From Isurus oxyrinchus (Eukaryota): DNA of 64,000 nucleotides. Each line of letters opens with the position of its first letter. Positions within the stretch are counted from its first letter, which is position 1. Of this stretch, positions 1 through 13,245 are shown piece by piece. Below the pieces are notes generated by a model. The model searched no databases. It was not told the origin of the DNA and saw only the letters and a list, made by a program, of their open reading frames with translations. The position numbers were made by a program, and so were the translations under genes. Location: assembly GCA_026770705.1 (NCBI GenBank), contig JANJGN010000024.1, positions 62,001-126,000 of the forward strand, in the 5' to 3' direction.

Positions 1-1580
1 TTGCCAGGACCTGATAACCTGCATCCAAGGGTTTAAAGGAAGTGGCTGCAGAGATAGTGGAGGCATTGGTTGAAATATTCCAGAACCCTTCAGATTCCCG
101 GAGGGTCCTAGCAGATTGGAAAACCACTAATGTGACGCCCCTGTTCAAGAAGGGAGGGAGACAAAAAGCAGGAAACTATAGGCCAATGGTCCTAACATCT
201 GTCGTTGGGAAAATGCTAGAGTCCATTATTAAGGAATAAATAGCAGGACACTTAGAAAATATTAACACAATCAAACAGAGTCAACATGTTTCATGATAGA
301 AAATCATATTTGACAAATTTGCTGGAGTTCTTTGAGGATATAACAAGCAGATTTGATAAAGGGGAACCAGTAGATGCAGTGTATTTGAATTTCCATAATG
401 CATTCAATAAGGTGCCACATAAAAGTTATTGCACAAGATTGCTCAAGATATTGGGGAAAATGTGTTAGCATGGATTGACAGAAGACAGGGAGTTGGGATT
501 AATGGACCTTTTTCAGTTTGGAAAGATGTAACTAGTGGAGTGCCACAAGGATCAGTCCTATTTACTGTCTACAATTATTTACTATCTATATTAATGACTT
601 GAAGGAGGGGGCAGGGTGTAATGTATCCTAATTTGCTGATGATACAAAAACAGGTGGGAGGGCATGGTGTGATGAGGACATAAGGAATCTACAAGTGGAT
701 ATAGACAGGTTGAATGAGTGGGCTTTTTGCTTGGCAGTTGGAGTTTAATGTAGGAAATTGTGAGGTCATGCACTTTGGTAGGAAAAATCAAAAGGCAGAC
801 TATAATTTAAATGGAGAGAGACTCCAAAAAAGTGCAGCACAGAGGGATCTGGGTGTTCTTGTGCATGAAACACAGAAAGTTAGCATGAAGATGCAGCAAG
901 TAATTAAGAAGGTAAATGTAATTTTGGCCTGTATTGCTGGGGTGGGGGGGGGGGGGTTGGAGTTTAAAAATAGGGAAGTCTTTTTACAACTGTACAGGGT
1001 GTTGGTGAGACTGTACCTGGAGTACTGTGTACAGTTTTGGTCTCCATGTTTAACAAAGGATTTACTGGCATTGGAGACAGTTCAAAAGAGATTCACTAGG
1101 ATGATTCCTGGGATGAAGGGATTGACTTATCAAGAATGCTTAAACAGGTTAGGCCTTTATTCATTTGAGTTTAAAAGAATGAGGGGTGATCATATTGAAA
1201 CGTAGAAGATTCTAAGGGGGCTTGACAGGGTAGAGGTTGAGAAGATGTTTCCACTAGTGGGGAAATCTCGAATTAGGGGACATAGTGACAGAATATGTGG
1301 ACGCTATTTAAAATTAAGATGTGAAGAAATTTCTTCTCTCAGAGGGTAGTGAATGTCTGGAGTTCTCTACCCCAGAGAGTTGTGGAGGCTAGATCAATGA
1401 AAGTATTTAAAGAGGAGGTAGATAGATTTTTGAAATATTGGGGAGTTGAGGGCTAAGAGGAGCTGGCACAAAAGAGGAATTGAGGCTTGGGGCAGATCAG
1501 CCATGATCTTATTGAATGGCTGAGCAGGCTTGAGGGGCCGAATGGCCTATTCCTGCTCCTGTTTCATATATTCTTATATA
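1..1580 (+). mobile_element. CR1-clade LINE, 3' part with decayed RT ORF2
   Basis: ORF pieces DWKTTNVTPLFKKGGRQKAGNYRP, LTNLLEFFE, VYLNFHNAFNKVPH, KC-like 'NCEVMHFGRKN', LEYCVQFWSP, with stops and frameshifts; CR1-type 3' UTR ending near 1580. Confidence 0.9.
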
Positions 1581-2337
1581 ATCAAAAAACTCCAATGAAA
1601 TTGGACAAATGTAAGATAAATTGCCAGTTATAAGGAAACATCAGGCAGGGAATTTCAGATAGCAAATATGAGACTTGCCATGTAAAGAGTACAGCTTCAG
1701 GCTAAAATAGTCATTTCAGGAATCACAACCTGTTCACAATGTTTAATGGCAACATAAAATGCAGATCCGGATACAGGAGAAGTAATACCCTAATGAATAA
1801 TAATTAATTAATGTGGTAATATGCGTGTTACACATGCAGATCTGAAACTCAATTCTCAGTGAAGACAATTAATTTTAACTGCACTGGCAAGAAGCTCATG
1901 CAGTTCTTCAAAATAGCTTTGTTGATGCCATTTGTAGTTATTCATAGATCTCTATAATAGTTTGGGATAATTATTTCCTTTTGAGTTTCATATCTTGCAG
2001 CACATTTGGACTATGTATCATTTTCTGTTAATTATTCATTGATTCTATGAGAACTTTTTTTATTTTATTGGTTAAATTGTGCACATTTGTAGCATAAAAA
2101 TGCCCGCATCTATCGTGAGGGATCTTGTGCAATGCGTAACTTAATTCACACCAAATATCGTTTCCCCATCACCCTTGTGCTTGCTGACCAATGTAGGCTC
2201 CTAATTCACCAATGCTTGAATTCCAAATTTCATTCTTTTCTTCAAATCCATCCGTGCCCTTACCCCTCCCAATCTCTGTAACCAAGAAATGCCTCTCTCT
2301 GTAACCTACTCCAGCCCAACAACAATCTGAAAACTCT

Positions 2338-2951
2338 GGGGAGAATTTTTTCCCCATTGGGGGGGCTGAGTGGGAGCAGGTGCGGGCAGGCAAACAGCCA
2401 ATCAGCGCCTGCAATCGGCTGCCCACCACCATTTTATGTGGGTGGGCCAATTAAGGCATGCGTGCGAAAGAGCGCAGAAATCTCCCTGAGGCACGGAGCT
2501 GCCTCAGGGGATTACTTTGATTTTGAAAAATTAAAATGAAGAAAAAAAAATATTCTGACATGTCCCCTCATGTGACAGTGTCACATGAACTGGGACATAC
2601 CAATGAATTTTATTTAAAAAATTTTTTTGGATTTTCAAACAATTCATGAAACCTCATCCCACCCGTGGATGAGATTTCATGATAAATGCGAAGGTGCCTG
2701 GGCTCTTCACCTGCCCACCAACCTTAGAGTTGGATGGGCAGCCCAGACAACTACTTCACTTAGTTTAATAATGGCCTTAATAGGCCTTTGACAGTTCAGC
2801 GGGTGCGCAGCTAACTCCTGTGTGCGCCCGCCGAACTGAAGATCAGAATGACACACAGCAATGTCGGGATGTCCAGCCCACATCCCCACATGCCATTTTA
2901 CTTGTCGGTGAGTGGGGCCTGCTCCTGCATGCCGACCAGAAGATTCAGGAC
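2338..2951 (+). mobile_element. PIF/Harbinger-type MITE, multi-hairpin family A (copy 1)
   Basis: Ends GGGGAGAATT...AGATTCAGGAC flanked by TCT/TCT 3-bp TSD; homologous to copies at 20626, 24322, 40395 and 43015; sits within an L2-like 3' remnant (~2165-3226). Confidence 0.8.
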
Positions 2952-3339
2952 TCTGTGTTTTTTCAGTTCTAACCATTTGTCCATCCTCAGTTGCTTTGCC
3001 TCAACATTGGCAGCTGTGTTTTTCATTGCCTAGGGTCTAAGTTCTAGAAATTCCTTTTATCTTTCCTCCTTTAAAACAATTCTTAAAGCATGCCTTTTTT
3101 GTGAAGCTTTTGATCACCTGTCCTAATATCTGCTTACATGACTCAGCGTCAAATATTGTCCAATATTGTTCTGTGAAGCACGTGGGAGGTTTTGCTATAT
3201 TAAAAGTTTTATACTAATGCAAGTGTAATACATTATAAAAGCACCTACTGAAATCAATTAAAGAAATTCCGTGCCCACAATGTTTGATTCACAACTGTGG
3301 CATGTGACTAGGAAAAAAGAGCATAAACTCACACATCAT

Positions 3340-3939
3340 GGGCTGAATTTTTGTTTAGGTTTGGGACCCCGACACGGGTACATTTTTGCGTCCTGGCCCC
3401 TTGCTGCATGTGTCCAATGCCTGATCCAATTTTTGAAGTGCAGATCAATTAGTGGCTAAGATGCCCTCTAAAGAGTTCTTAATGACTTAAAAGTAAGAAG
3501 AGGCCACAGCTTCCAGGCTGCAGTTGTGGAGGAGATGCCTGTGGCCATGATGGTCATCTTCCACTTGTGGCCTTGGAGGAAGGGGGTGTTTAGAGGAAAG
3601 ATGGAGGCTGAACCCCTGCTCTGTCACCAGGAGTCTGTGCACATTCATCAGCTGGTATTTGGCCTCAACATGGGCCCCAAGAGTCAATTGGAAAATTGCT
3701 GTATTCCTGATTGCACAGTGGCCCAAAAAGGCATCTTAAGGGACTTAATTAACAACCTGACACTTTCAGGCAGGTAGCAGACACCCCCAGCATCTCCCCC
3801 CTCCCCCTGCACCCCCACACCGAACCAGCATGTTTAAAAATTGCATAGAGGCAAAGCATGCTGACAAACTGGCCTGCCTGCTGGTGAAGGGCCTGTTTGT
3901 CTCTGGTACCACCTCTGCGACCATTTAAAAATATGGCCC
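3340..3939. mobile_element. PIF/Harbinger-type non-autonomous element
   Basis: TIRs GGGCTGAATTTT / AAAATATGGCCC with CAT/CAT 3-bp TSD. Confidence 0.7.
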
Positions 3940-4379
3940 CATGCATTTATGAAATTGATCTCTATTGATGTATAAGAGCTCGTGTTCAAAGAAACTATTT
4001 AACAGATGGTCAACACATCCATAAATATTTTGCACGAAAAAATATTCTCTCAAGCTTTAAAATCCAAGATGCCAAGCAATTCTATTTATAGATAGTGAAC
4101 ATGCTAGGTTTATTTTATGATAAAAAAGATCATTGATAGGAGGTGAATGCTACTAAATTTGCAGTCATGTCATCAAAGTTGAAAGCTAAAAGGACAGAAG
4201 TTTCTAAAGCCAAGTCGCCTTGAGGGGGCCTTCGCAACATGGAAAATTGCAAATTACACCTGATTTCTGTCCTGTGACGTTAACGGATGGAAGCCAGTGG
4301 CAGTGTGCTGAAGTTTTCCAATAAGCTTCCGTTGTGTTAGGCTCTATCTTTTGCAAAAGGCTCCTGGATATCCCTGCAT

Positions 4380-4730
4380 TTTTTTTTATTCATTCGTGGG
4401 ATGCGGGTGTCGTTGGCTAGGCCAGCGTTTATTGCCCATCCCTAGTTCAGAGGGTATTTTAAGAGCCAACCACATTGCTGTGGGTCTGGAGTCACATGTA
4501 GGACAGACCAGGTAAAGGCAGCTGATTTCCTTCTGTAAAGGACATTAGTGAACCAGATGGGTTTTATGGCAATCGGCAATGGTTGCGTGGTTATTATCCG
4601 ACTTTCAACTTTAGATTTTATTGAATTTAAATTTCACCATCTGCCGTGGTGGGATTTAAACCTGGGTCCCCAGAGCATTACCCTGGGTTTCTAGAATGCC
4701 AGTCAAGTAACAATGCCACTACACCACCAC
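4380..4730 (-). mobile_element. tRNA-derived SINE whose 3' tail matches the APE-LINE family
   Basis: Minus strand begins GGTGGTGTAGTGGCATTG with a B-box-like GGTTTAAATCCC; tail GGGATGGGCAATAAACGCTGGCCTAGCC...GAATGAATAAAAAA matches the LINE end at 59720-59782. Confidence 0.75.
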
Positions 4731-5219
4731 CTCCCTTTATGTGCCCATTCTTGCTGTCACTGGAATGGAACTACAGAATGTCACATCAGGGGAATTGCAC
4801 ACAAAATAACTGTTCGCAGGGTAAGCTTGAAGTAATGGAATATACCATCTACATTATTGAAAGTACCTTATATTAATTTGGTGTTAGTCGCAGAGAAGAA
4901 TCCCAATATCAACAAACAATCTTGTAGCTCAAGCTTGTGCTGTCAATCCACCATTAAGTAGTCTTAGTGTGGCTTTAATGTTGCTCAGTAGGTAAAGTAG
5001 AGCATAGGACTATGGTTTGTAAGTTACTCTGATCAAATGATTGCTATCTACAAATTACAATATAAGATCCCAATTGGGCAGTGATCTAGAGTAACATTAG
5101 TGGAATTCTCCAAGACACATTTTGTTCCTTGATTCCTTTAATCTAAAGGGTAGGTTACTTAACTACTGATGTGACTCCATTTTACCAAATTAACAAATTA
5201 TGTTTTTCCTCTCTCTCAG

Positions 5220-5522
5220 AACCCCCTGAAGTTTCCACTGTGGATGGCACTTTGGTTGCTGGACAGAAGTCCAGTCTGACCTGCTCTGTCAAGAGGTTGA
5301 ATTCTGGGGATATCTCCTTTACATGGGCATGCTATGGAATAAACGGCTTTGCAAACAACACTACACCGACTTCAAAAATAACAGTTAATGGTACATCTGT
5401 TGCTACCAGCCAGCTTGAGTTCATCCCTAAAGTGACTGACCATGGAACTGTCTGTACATGTCAGATAAACCATGTGACTTTTAGACAGCCAGTGACAAAT
5501 AAAATCAAACTACATGTTATGT
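5220..5522 (+). CDS. Ig-domain exon (C2-set/CD80-like) of a Siglec/CD22/MAG-like IgSF receptor
   Basis: Acceptor tttttcctctctctcAG and donor T|GTGAGT, phase 1-1; PPEVS..LVAGQKSSLTCSV..ISFTW..SQLEFIPKVTDHGTVCTCQINH..IKLHVM. Confidence 0.88.
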
Positions 5523-5676
5523 GTGAGTATGATCTTTAACATTTTGAATATTTTGTATTATTCTCTGTAATTCTAATGCTTACTTAAACTTTGGACTCCC
5601 TCTTATTGTCTCCTCCCTATTCTCCATTTACAACCAGGACATATGTATGTGTGCCATGCTTTTGTAATCTGAATTT

Positions 5677-6140
5677 CATAGGAACATAGGAACATAGGAT
5701 TATAGGAGCAGAAGTAGGCCATTCGGCCCTTCGAGCCTGCTCTACCATTCAATATGATCATGGCTGATCTGGTTGTGATCTCAACTCCACTTTCCTGCCT
5801 GCCCCCATAACCCTTGGCCCCCTTGTCTATCAGAAATCTATTGAACTCAGCCTTGAATAAGTTTAAAGATCCAGCCCACACTACTTTCTGGTGAAGAGAA
5901 TTCCACAGTCTAATGATCCTCTGAAAGAAAGAAATTCTCCTCATCTCTGTCTTAAAAGGTAGACCTCTTATCCTTAAACTAAGCCCCTTAGTCTCCCCGA
6001 CAAGAGGAACCAGCTTCCAGGTATCTACCTTGTCAAGTCCCTTCAAGTTCTTCTATGTTTCAGTAAGATCACCTCTCATCCTTCTAAACTCCAATAAGTA
6101 TACGCCCAACATGTTTGCCCTTTCTTCATAGGATAAGTGC
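5677..6140 (-). mobile_element. CR1 LINE 3' fragment
   Basis: MKGLDKVD..FKTEMRRISFFQRIIRLWNSL; (TTCCTATG)n-type tail at 5677-5700. Confidence 0.85.
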
Positions 6141-6559
6141 TTCATGTCAGGAATGGGATTTCCTCTCTGTTCATTTTGTCCGTCGTTCCAGACCCAGACC
6201 CGTTATTTCTATCTTCCTTTTTCTTTCTCTTTTCTTTACCTCTCTTGGGCCCTCTTCTCCTGTCTCTCATTCTTCCTGTTATTCAGTCATACATCCTTTC
6301 ATTTCTCATCTCCTCATCCAACTCCCAACACCAACCTTCCACTATTCCTCTATCTTCTTACTCTCCTGTTGCTCTCCCAGGCTTAAGTGCTTCTTAGGCA
6401 AACCCATAGCTTCCCTCTTTGCCTTTCAATAATCTGTGCAGGCCATATCTAGACAAATTATTGCCTCTTTATGAACCACAAACTCAACTGCTGTGCCTCA
6501 TTCTCTTTGCCTATCTTCTCACCCAGTGCACCTGCTGAGAGCTAATGCTGCCAACCTCC

Positions 6560-8705
6560 TTCCTGTCCTGTACTGACTTTGTGAACTCTTCAAGCAGATC
6601 AATTATCCCCGTCCCTCTTCACAACTCCCTCAAAACATATTTTCATTTGTAAACAAGGCCCTTGCTGCCCATGACCTTATTATGTATGATTGCATTGACC
6701 TCATGCCCTTGATGAAAATTTGGATGATTCCTTGCCCCCTACTGAAGCCTTTCCTTGTTCTAGCCTCATGCCTCCTCTTTAAAATCTTCACAATCTGCCA
6801 CCTCCTAAAGCCCCACTCCTTTCCTCCTTCAACTTTTGCAGTAGCTTCTCATCCTCAGTGACTTCAATTTTTGTCTCACTAATCCATCTTGATCTTATTC
6901 CTCTGAGTTTACTGTCCTCCTATCTTCCTTTAACTTCTCCTTCCATATATTCTTCCATAATAACAACTACTACTCAATATTGCCATCTCATGCAGCCTCC
7001 CCATTCTCACTATCCCAAACACAGCCAAGGTCATCTCTAATTACTTCCATGTATCCTATACCACTCACATCCTCCTTTCACTTCTAACCCCACCTACTTC
7101 TATGTCCACTTGTGGAAAAACTTCCCCTTAACTCATTACAATGGCATTTTCAAATTCCTAACTATCCAGCCTTTGTCCCTGCATTAGCCACACTATTTCT
7201 TCAGCAATAGATCTGATCAATCACACCCTCAGCTATGCTCTTGTCCAAAATAGTCTCTCCCAACTTGATTGTTCTCCTGGTATAGTGACTATCTTCAGTG
7301 CTTCAAGACCAGTAGGTGCAAACACAAATGTATATGATGCACAACTGGGTTAACCATGCATTACCAATTCTGATCTGGTCACCACTCCTCAAAAATCCAC
7401 CCATGACCATGTTTCCAACCTTCCTTTCCTCTCCGAAGTCTTTAAATATATTGCTTCCCATAACCATGACCAACTGCATCTTTGAAGTTCTCCAATTGGG
7501 TTCCAGAGCACTGGAATGGGCTAAATCAAAGTCACAAATGACACTCTCTATAACTGTAACCCTGGTGCACTATCCCTTCTCATTCTTTTCAACCTTTGCA
7601 CAACCTGTGACACAGTGAACCACATCAGACTCCTCAAAAACCACTCATCCATTGAGACTGTACTCATCTGGTCCCACTCTTAACTACTCTACACAATTAT
7701 ATCTGGTATCCTTGAACTATCCTTGAACTCTTCCTATCTCTCACCTACATTGCTGACATTAGCTGAAGAAATGGTATCAGGTTCCACTTGCATGCTAACA
7801 ACACCCAGCTTGAATCTACCATCCTATCACCTGATTCCCCCATCACCTCTTTAATATGAGATTGCATGTTTGAGATCCAGCTCTAGAGGAGCTGCAACTT
7901 CTTCCAACTAAACATTTGAAAGACTGATGCCATTGTTTTAGACCCCTGTCAAAATTTCTGTTCCTTCTTCACCAATTACATCCTCCTCCCTTGTTACTGT
8001 CTAAGGCTGAAGCAGACATTTTGCATGTTGCCATTCTAATTGATGCTGAGCTGAGCTACCAACCCCATATCCCCTCCATCACAATGACCTCTCACTTCCA
8101 GCCTCATAATATTGCCTGTCTCTGCCTCTTCCTCAGCTCATCTGCTACAGAAACCCTCATTTTTTTGTTACCTCCAGACTCGACTATTCCAGTGTTGTCC
8201 TGGCCAGCCAGCTCCCCACTTTTCACCTCCTCGTAAACTTGAGGACATTCAAAACTCTGCTGTATGTACCCTAACCTATACTGAGTTCCACCCTCACACT
8301 CACTGTGCTCATGAGCCTGTATTCGTTCCCAGTCCATCAATAGCTCAAATTTATAATTCTCATTCTCATGTTCAATTGACCCCATGGTCTTGCTCCAACC
8401 CATCTTTGTAACCTCTTCTTTCCAGCCATACAATCCTGTAAGAACTCCACATTTCTCCAACTCTGACCTTGTATATCCACCACCCTCTTCGCCCCACCAT
8501 TGCTAGCCATCGCCTCAGCTTTCTAGGCCTTATGTTCTGGAATTCTCTCCCTAAACTAATCTCTGCTCCTTAAAGACAATTCCAAAAATCTTCCTTTTTG
8601 ACTCAGCTTTTATTTACTCTTCCAAATACTTTCAGCTTCAACTCGATGTCTATTTTTGTCTGATTACACTCTTGTGAATCACCTTGTGATGTCAGAAATG
8701 CCACG
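6560..8705 (+). mobile_element. Degenerate L2-clade LINE
   Basis: Pyrimidine-rich strand with L2-type remnants (CCTCCAGACTCGACTATTCCA, CAAAACTCTGCTG, TCTGGAATTCTCTCCCT); no long ORF. Confidence 0.65.
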
Positions 8706-8796
8706 TAAAGGTCCTTGTTAACTAGCTGCATCTACATATGTATTGATTATATGTGGTTTCTATATAAAATTAAGTGTACATTATCTTTACTGTTAG

Positions 8797-9117
8797 ATGG
8801 ACCACAAAATCTCACAATAATGTACAGGTTGAACAACAGTGATAGTTACCAGCCTTGGAACAATAGCCCCATCACTGTCCCTATGGACTCCTTCCTGGAA
8901 CTGAGATGCTCTGTAGATAGTCATCCAGCCTCCACTGTGATCTGGGGGAAGAACAGTGAAAACTACACTGAGATATTACAATCCACAGCTGAATTAAATA
9001 GTTCCAAAGTGAAGATAACAAATTACCAGTCTACAGATGGAGAAGTCTACTGGTGTATGGCAAACAATAGCTACGGCTGGAGAAATGCAAGCATTTGGAT
9101 AAAAGCCAATGAGAAAG
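8797..9117 (+). CDS. Second Ig-domain exon (C2/I-set) of the IgSF receptor
   Basis: Acceptor ctttactgttAG and donor AAG|GTAAAC, phase 1-1; splicing gives ..HVM-YGPQNLTI..LELRCSVDSHPASTVIW..DGEVYWCMANNSYG. Confidence 0.88.
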
Positions 9118-9694
9118 GTAAACATAGGTGTAATAATGCATGTGTAAAGATCTCAATGTCTGTTAAAGAAAAACTGCTTTTAGAAAATGAGAGCATAGAT
9201 TGATTATGTCAAGTATCTTCTTTCTTGGTCTCAGAATTAGTAGGGTTGTAATATGTATTTTATTTTAAACTGAACTTGTATAATAAATAGCACATCCCAT
9301 TCCCAAAAAGATGGGGCAGAATCTTCCCCTCTCACCATCAGTGGGAATCGTGGTGAATGGGGGAGGAGATGTGGTGAAAATCCAACAATCAGTTTCCTGG
9401 CATCAGGAAATCAGGTCAGAATTGTGTTCTCTCAACTTTCATGGTGTGTGAATGGCAGGTCTAATTTCTCGCTGAAGATCATCGGGAGTCCATTTTGCAT
9501 CTCATGAATGCTCATTACCAGGCCAACAGACAGGAATCTTGTGACCCCCATCAAATCTTCTGCCCAGTAGGAAATTATGCCATCCAGTTATCTGACTTAA
9601 CAAACATGGCATGCACCCGGCACAGGAAACTTATAAGACTTACCGGTCAGTGTGCACCATTGGTGAGGACCACAGATGATGATATGCAATGTGG

Positions 9695-10278
9695 TGGGGG
9701 GATGGGGGAGGGGGATGTTGAAGGCTAAAAGAGAGGGCGAGTCTGAGGGAGGAAGGAGGGGTATGAGCGGGGAAGAGGGGGTGCAAGCGAGGAAGGGGGG
9801 ATATGGGCAGGGAAGTGGGGTGTGGGCGGGGAAGGGGGTTTGAGTGGGGAAAGGGCTGTGTGAGTGGGGAAGGGGTGTGAGAGGCGAAGTGGGTGTGAGT
9901 GGGTAAGGGAGCGTGAGCAAGGAAGGAGGATATGAGCAGGGATGGGTTTGAGTGGGGAAGGGGTGTGTGAAGGGAGAAGGGGCTGTGAATGGGGAAGGAG
10001 TGTGTAAGTGGGGAAGTGGGTGTGAGCAGAGAAGGGGTATGAGTGGTGGGAAGTGTGAGTGGGAAAGGGGGTGTGAGTGGGAAAGGGGGTGTGAGTGGGG
10101 AAGGGGGTGTGAGCAGGGGAAGGGGTTGTGAGCGGGGAAGAGGGGTTTGAGTGGGGAAGAGGTGTGTGAGTGGGGAAGGGAGGTATGTACAGGGAAGGGA
10201 CAATGTGTCGGTGCAGATGTGTGATTCTGTGATTCTGAATGTGAGCGGGGAAGGGAAGGTGTGAGTGGGGAAGGAGGG
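9695..10278 (+). repeat. G-rich degenerate ~18-bp tandem repeat (GTGAGTGGGGAAGGGGGT)n
   Basis: Directly visible; explains the Pro/His/Ser-rich ORFs on the minus strand. Confidence 0.9.
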
Positions 10279-12379
10279 AGTGTTTTATAGATAGGGCTCA
10301 GTGGAGTCATTAGCGGAGTCCTGGGGATGAACTGAGAGTGTTGATGGAACGAAGGGCTGGTGACAGTGAAAGGGGGAAGTGGGATGCAGTAGGGAGGGTC
10401 ATGGTGTGGGCATGGCATGTATAGTTCTCATCGGGAGGGTCTTTAATGGGGACAAGAATGGTGGATAATGGGAGTACGCAGAATCAGGATGGGCATTGTG
10501 ACCGATATGCGCTCACCGGGGAGGGAAGGCATTTCCAGGTTAATGGTTATAAGGTCCAGGGTGATGTAGGGGGATGTTCAAGGGTAACAAAAGGGAGAGT
10601 AAAGGTCACATTGTGGTATGGTGGGGTCACTGGTGATGGGGGAGGAAGTTGGCAGGTGACAGGGGGAGGGTAAAGTGTGGTGGAGAGAATTTGAAAGGTT
10701 ACATGCACCATCAAGGAACCAAGGAAGCTCATCAGAAAGGCTGTGTCCTCAATGTCCAACTGCCAAAAAAATAGAGGTGGGAGGAGGGTGCTCTCAGGTG
10801 GGTGGAGATGAAGGTCAGCAGAACTGGACAACTAATGGGAAACTCTAATAATCGTGGGGCGACAGCATGAGAGCTTTGTTCTTCTGAAATCCTCACTGTT
10901 TGGTGAAGCTCACACGGCAGCAGGTCTGACCCTGAGGGTTCTCATTACAATGAGATCCCAGCAAGATGTAGAGCTGCCATTCTCTCTGAACCATTTTCCA
11001 TCAGCTCCAGCCAGAGTTAGAGATGAAGGGTGCGATGGAGGGGGATGCCTACAAGGGACATGCAGCTGAAGGACAGCCAACTGGCGACTGCAAACCTCCA
11101 GCTTCCGAGGGAATGTACTTGCCTGACAAGGGCTCATGTGATTAGCCTTTTGGTTATAACAAGGCAAAAGTCTCTGCAGAATCTCAAGGGCAGTGGAGAA
11201 GAGTGGAATAGTGTGAGTCGGAGGATTCTCGCACAAGGCTCTCACCACCCTTATCAAAGAACAATGTCTCTATCTGCAGGCATGTATTAGGTGGAGGAAC
11301 ACACACTCTTGGCCCCTCAGGATGTCTTTCACCTGGAGTGCGCGCGGCCTTTGAAAAAACTGGCAGCAAGAATGAATCCAGGAGACTTCCAATTGATGCA
11401 AGCTAACATATATTTACAAGTGCCAAAACTGTATACAATGAGTGTGTACCCTGTTGTGCATTCCAAACTTATTAATTTTTCTAACTCTACAACGACATCT
11501 GGGTACATCCACAGCAGAGGTGGAAGCTGCCTGCTGACTGCTATGCCCTGTTGTCTCATATGACTTGGGCGGGTGTCCTCTGGAAGCCCAACACCTGGAG
11601 GGCCCTGACCTACTAAGGGTCTTCTGCTCCTCCCTTTAAGCGCCCAAGGGCCCTTCCTGACTCCTTGAGAAGAAGGAGCACCTGGAGGAAGGTCAAGGTG
11701 CCTCATTCCCCTCTCACCTAGGCATTGCTGAAACATAGCCATGGCTAGAGTGATGGAATGCAGGTCTGAGCACATATCCAGCAGAAACTTTGCATTCTGC
11801 TGGGCCGGGTCTCCAAGGCGGCCGCCAACCTTTCTGTGGAGACCTCGAGGCACCAGAGACTTTGGCTCTCACTGCTCTGCCTGAAGACGTGTCAGTGAGT
11901 GACCAATAGTGAGTGACCCTGAGCCTACTCTTGAGCAATGTCCCACCGATATGTGTTTCTCTGTGCTGGTGGAAGCTGTGACAGGTGTGAAAGGGTCTGC
12001 TTTATCCCCTGAGGTGGCCGGTGGTGGGGTGGGCAGTGAGGCTGGGGCTTTCTTCACTGCAGGACCCTGGCCTCCCCCTCTTCCTACTGTCACCTGGAAT
12101 GAGTGGCTGCATAAGCTGGCTCAGACATTACAGACATCACACTCTCTTGTCCTAAGTCTCTGCTTTCTCACTGGATTGTTGGGGGTAGCCAAACTCACCA
12201 TCGGTGCAGACACAGTCTCTTTCTTCCCTGCCAGCTCTGGAGCCTACTGCTCAAATTGCGTGAATGAATAGCTCTATTATTCCACCTCCCGTCTCTCTCT
12301 CTCATGTTTGCCCCATCTTGTCCTGCATAATGATAGATGGATTGAGCATTAACATGTTGGATGGAAGAGCGCCGGAGGC

Positions 12380-12960
12380 TGGAAATCCTTGGAGAATACC
12401 TCACCTCCTGACTCATCAAAGCATATGCAGCATCTACAAGGCACACATCAGGAGTGTGATGGAATACTCTCCACTTGCCAGGATGAGTCAGCTCCAACAA
12501 CAATGAGGAAGCTGGACACCATCCAGGACCAAGTATCCTGCTTGATTGGCACCCCATACACCACCTTCAACATTAACTTGCTTTGCCACTGATGCAGCAA
12601 CAGCAGTGTGTACCAGATATAAGCTGCACTGCAGCAATACACCTAGGTCCCTTTCATAGCACCTTCTAAACCTGCAACCTCTATCACCTAGAAGCACAGG
12701 GAACGAGGGAACACCATGCAAGCTCCCCTCCCAGCCACATACCATCATGGCTTGGAGCTGCACTGTTGTCCCTTCACTGCTGGTGGGTCACAATCCTGGA
12801 AGACCCTCCCAGACATCACTGTGGGTGTACCTATGCCACATGGATGGCAGCAGTTCAAGAAGGTAGCTCACCACCATCTTCTCCAAGGCAATTAGGGATG
12901 TGCAATGAAAATGCTGGCCTAGCCAGCAATGCCCATGTCCCATGAAAGATGAGAAAAAAA
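12380..12960 (+). mobile_element. APE-LINE 3' fragment nested in the Harbinger element
   Basis: IYKAHIRSVMEYSPLA; 3' end GGCAATTAGGGATG...CATGAAAGATGAGAAAAAAA similar to 59700-59782. Confidence 0.75.
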
Positions 12961-12999
12961 TCATTTCCAGTGTAAGTTTGGAGAGTAGATAGTTCACCT

Positions 13000-13245
13000 A
13001 CCCTAGCAGAGCGGGTGAGATCATTCACCCATTTTCTGTACTGCAAGGCTTGTCCTCTTGTGAACCCCACAGGCGCTGGCCACCCTGGTGAGCTCCTCCC
13101 AGGCTGCTGCAGTCAGATGGGAGGTCCTCCTGCTGATATCCCTCGGAAGGAGGATCCCCTGCCTTTCCTCGATGACCTGGAGGATAATCTCCAGGGAGGC
13201 ATCACCGAAGTTTGGGGCTGGAGCTTGTTGCCTTCTCATAGATGA
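13000..13245 (-). pseudogene. Harbinger Myb/SANT-like DNA-binding protein remnant
   Basis: APNFGDASLEIILQVIEERQGILLP..AAAWEELTRVASA..KRT, then frameshift to QYRKWVNDLTRSA. Confidence 0.7.

Noticed and set aside
4640-4730. tRNA gene
   Set aside because: A/B-box-like sequence is the SINE head; no complete cloverleaf
6115-6432. Three overlapping hydrophobic ORFs
   Set aside because: CT-rich low-complexity sequence that lacks stops by composition
9597-10418. 273-aa and 187-aa Pro/His-rich ORFs on the minus strand
   Set aside because: Translations of the G-rich tandem repeat; no domain signal
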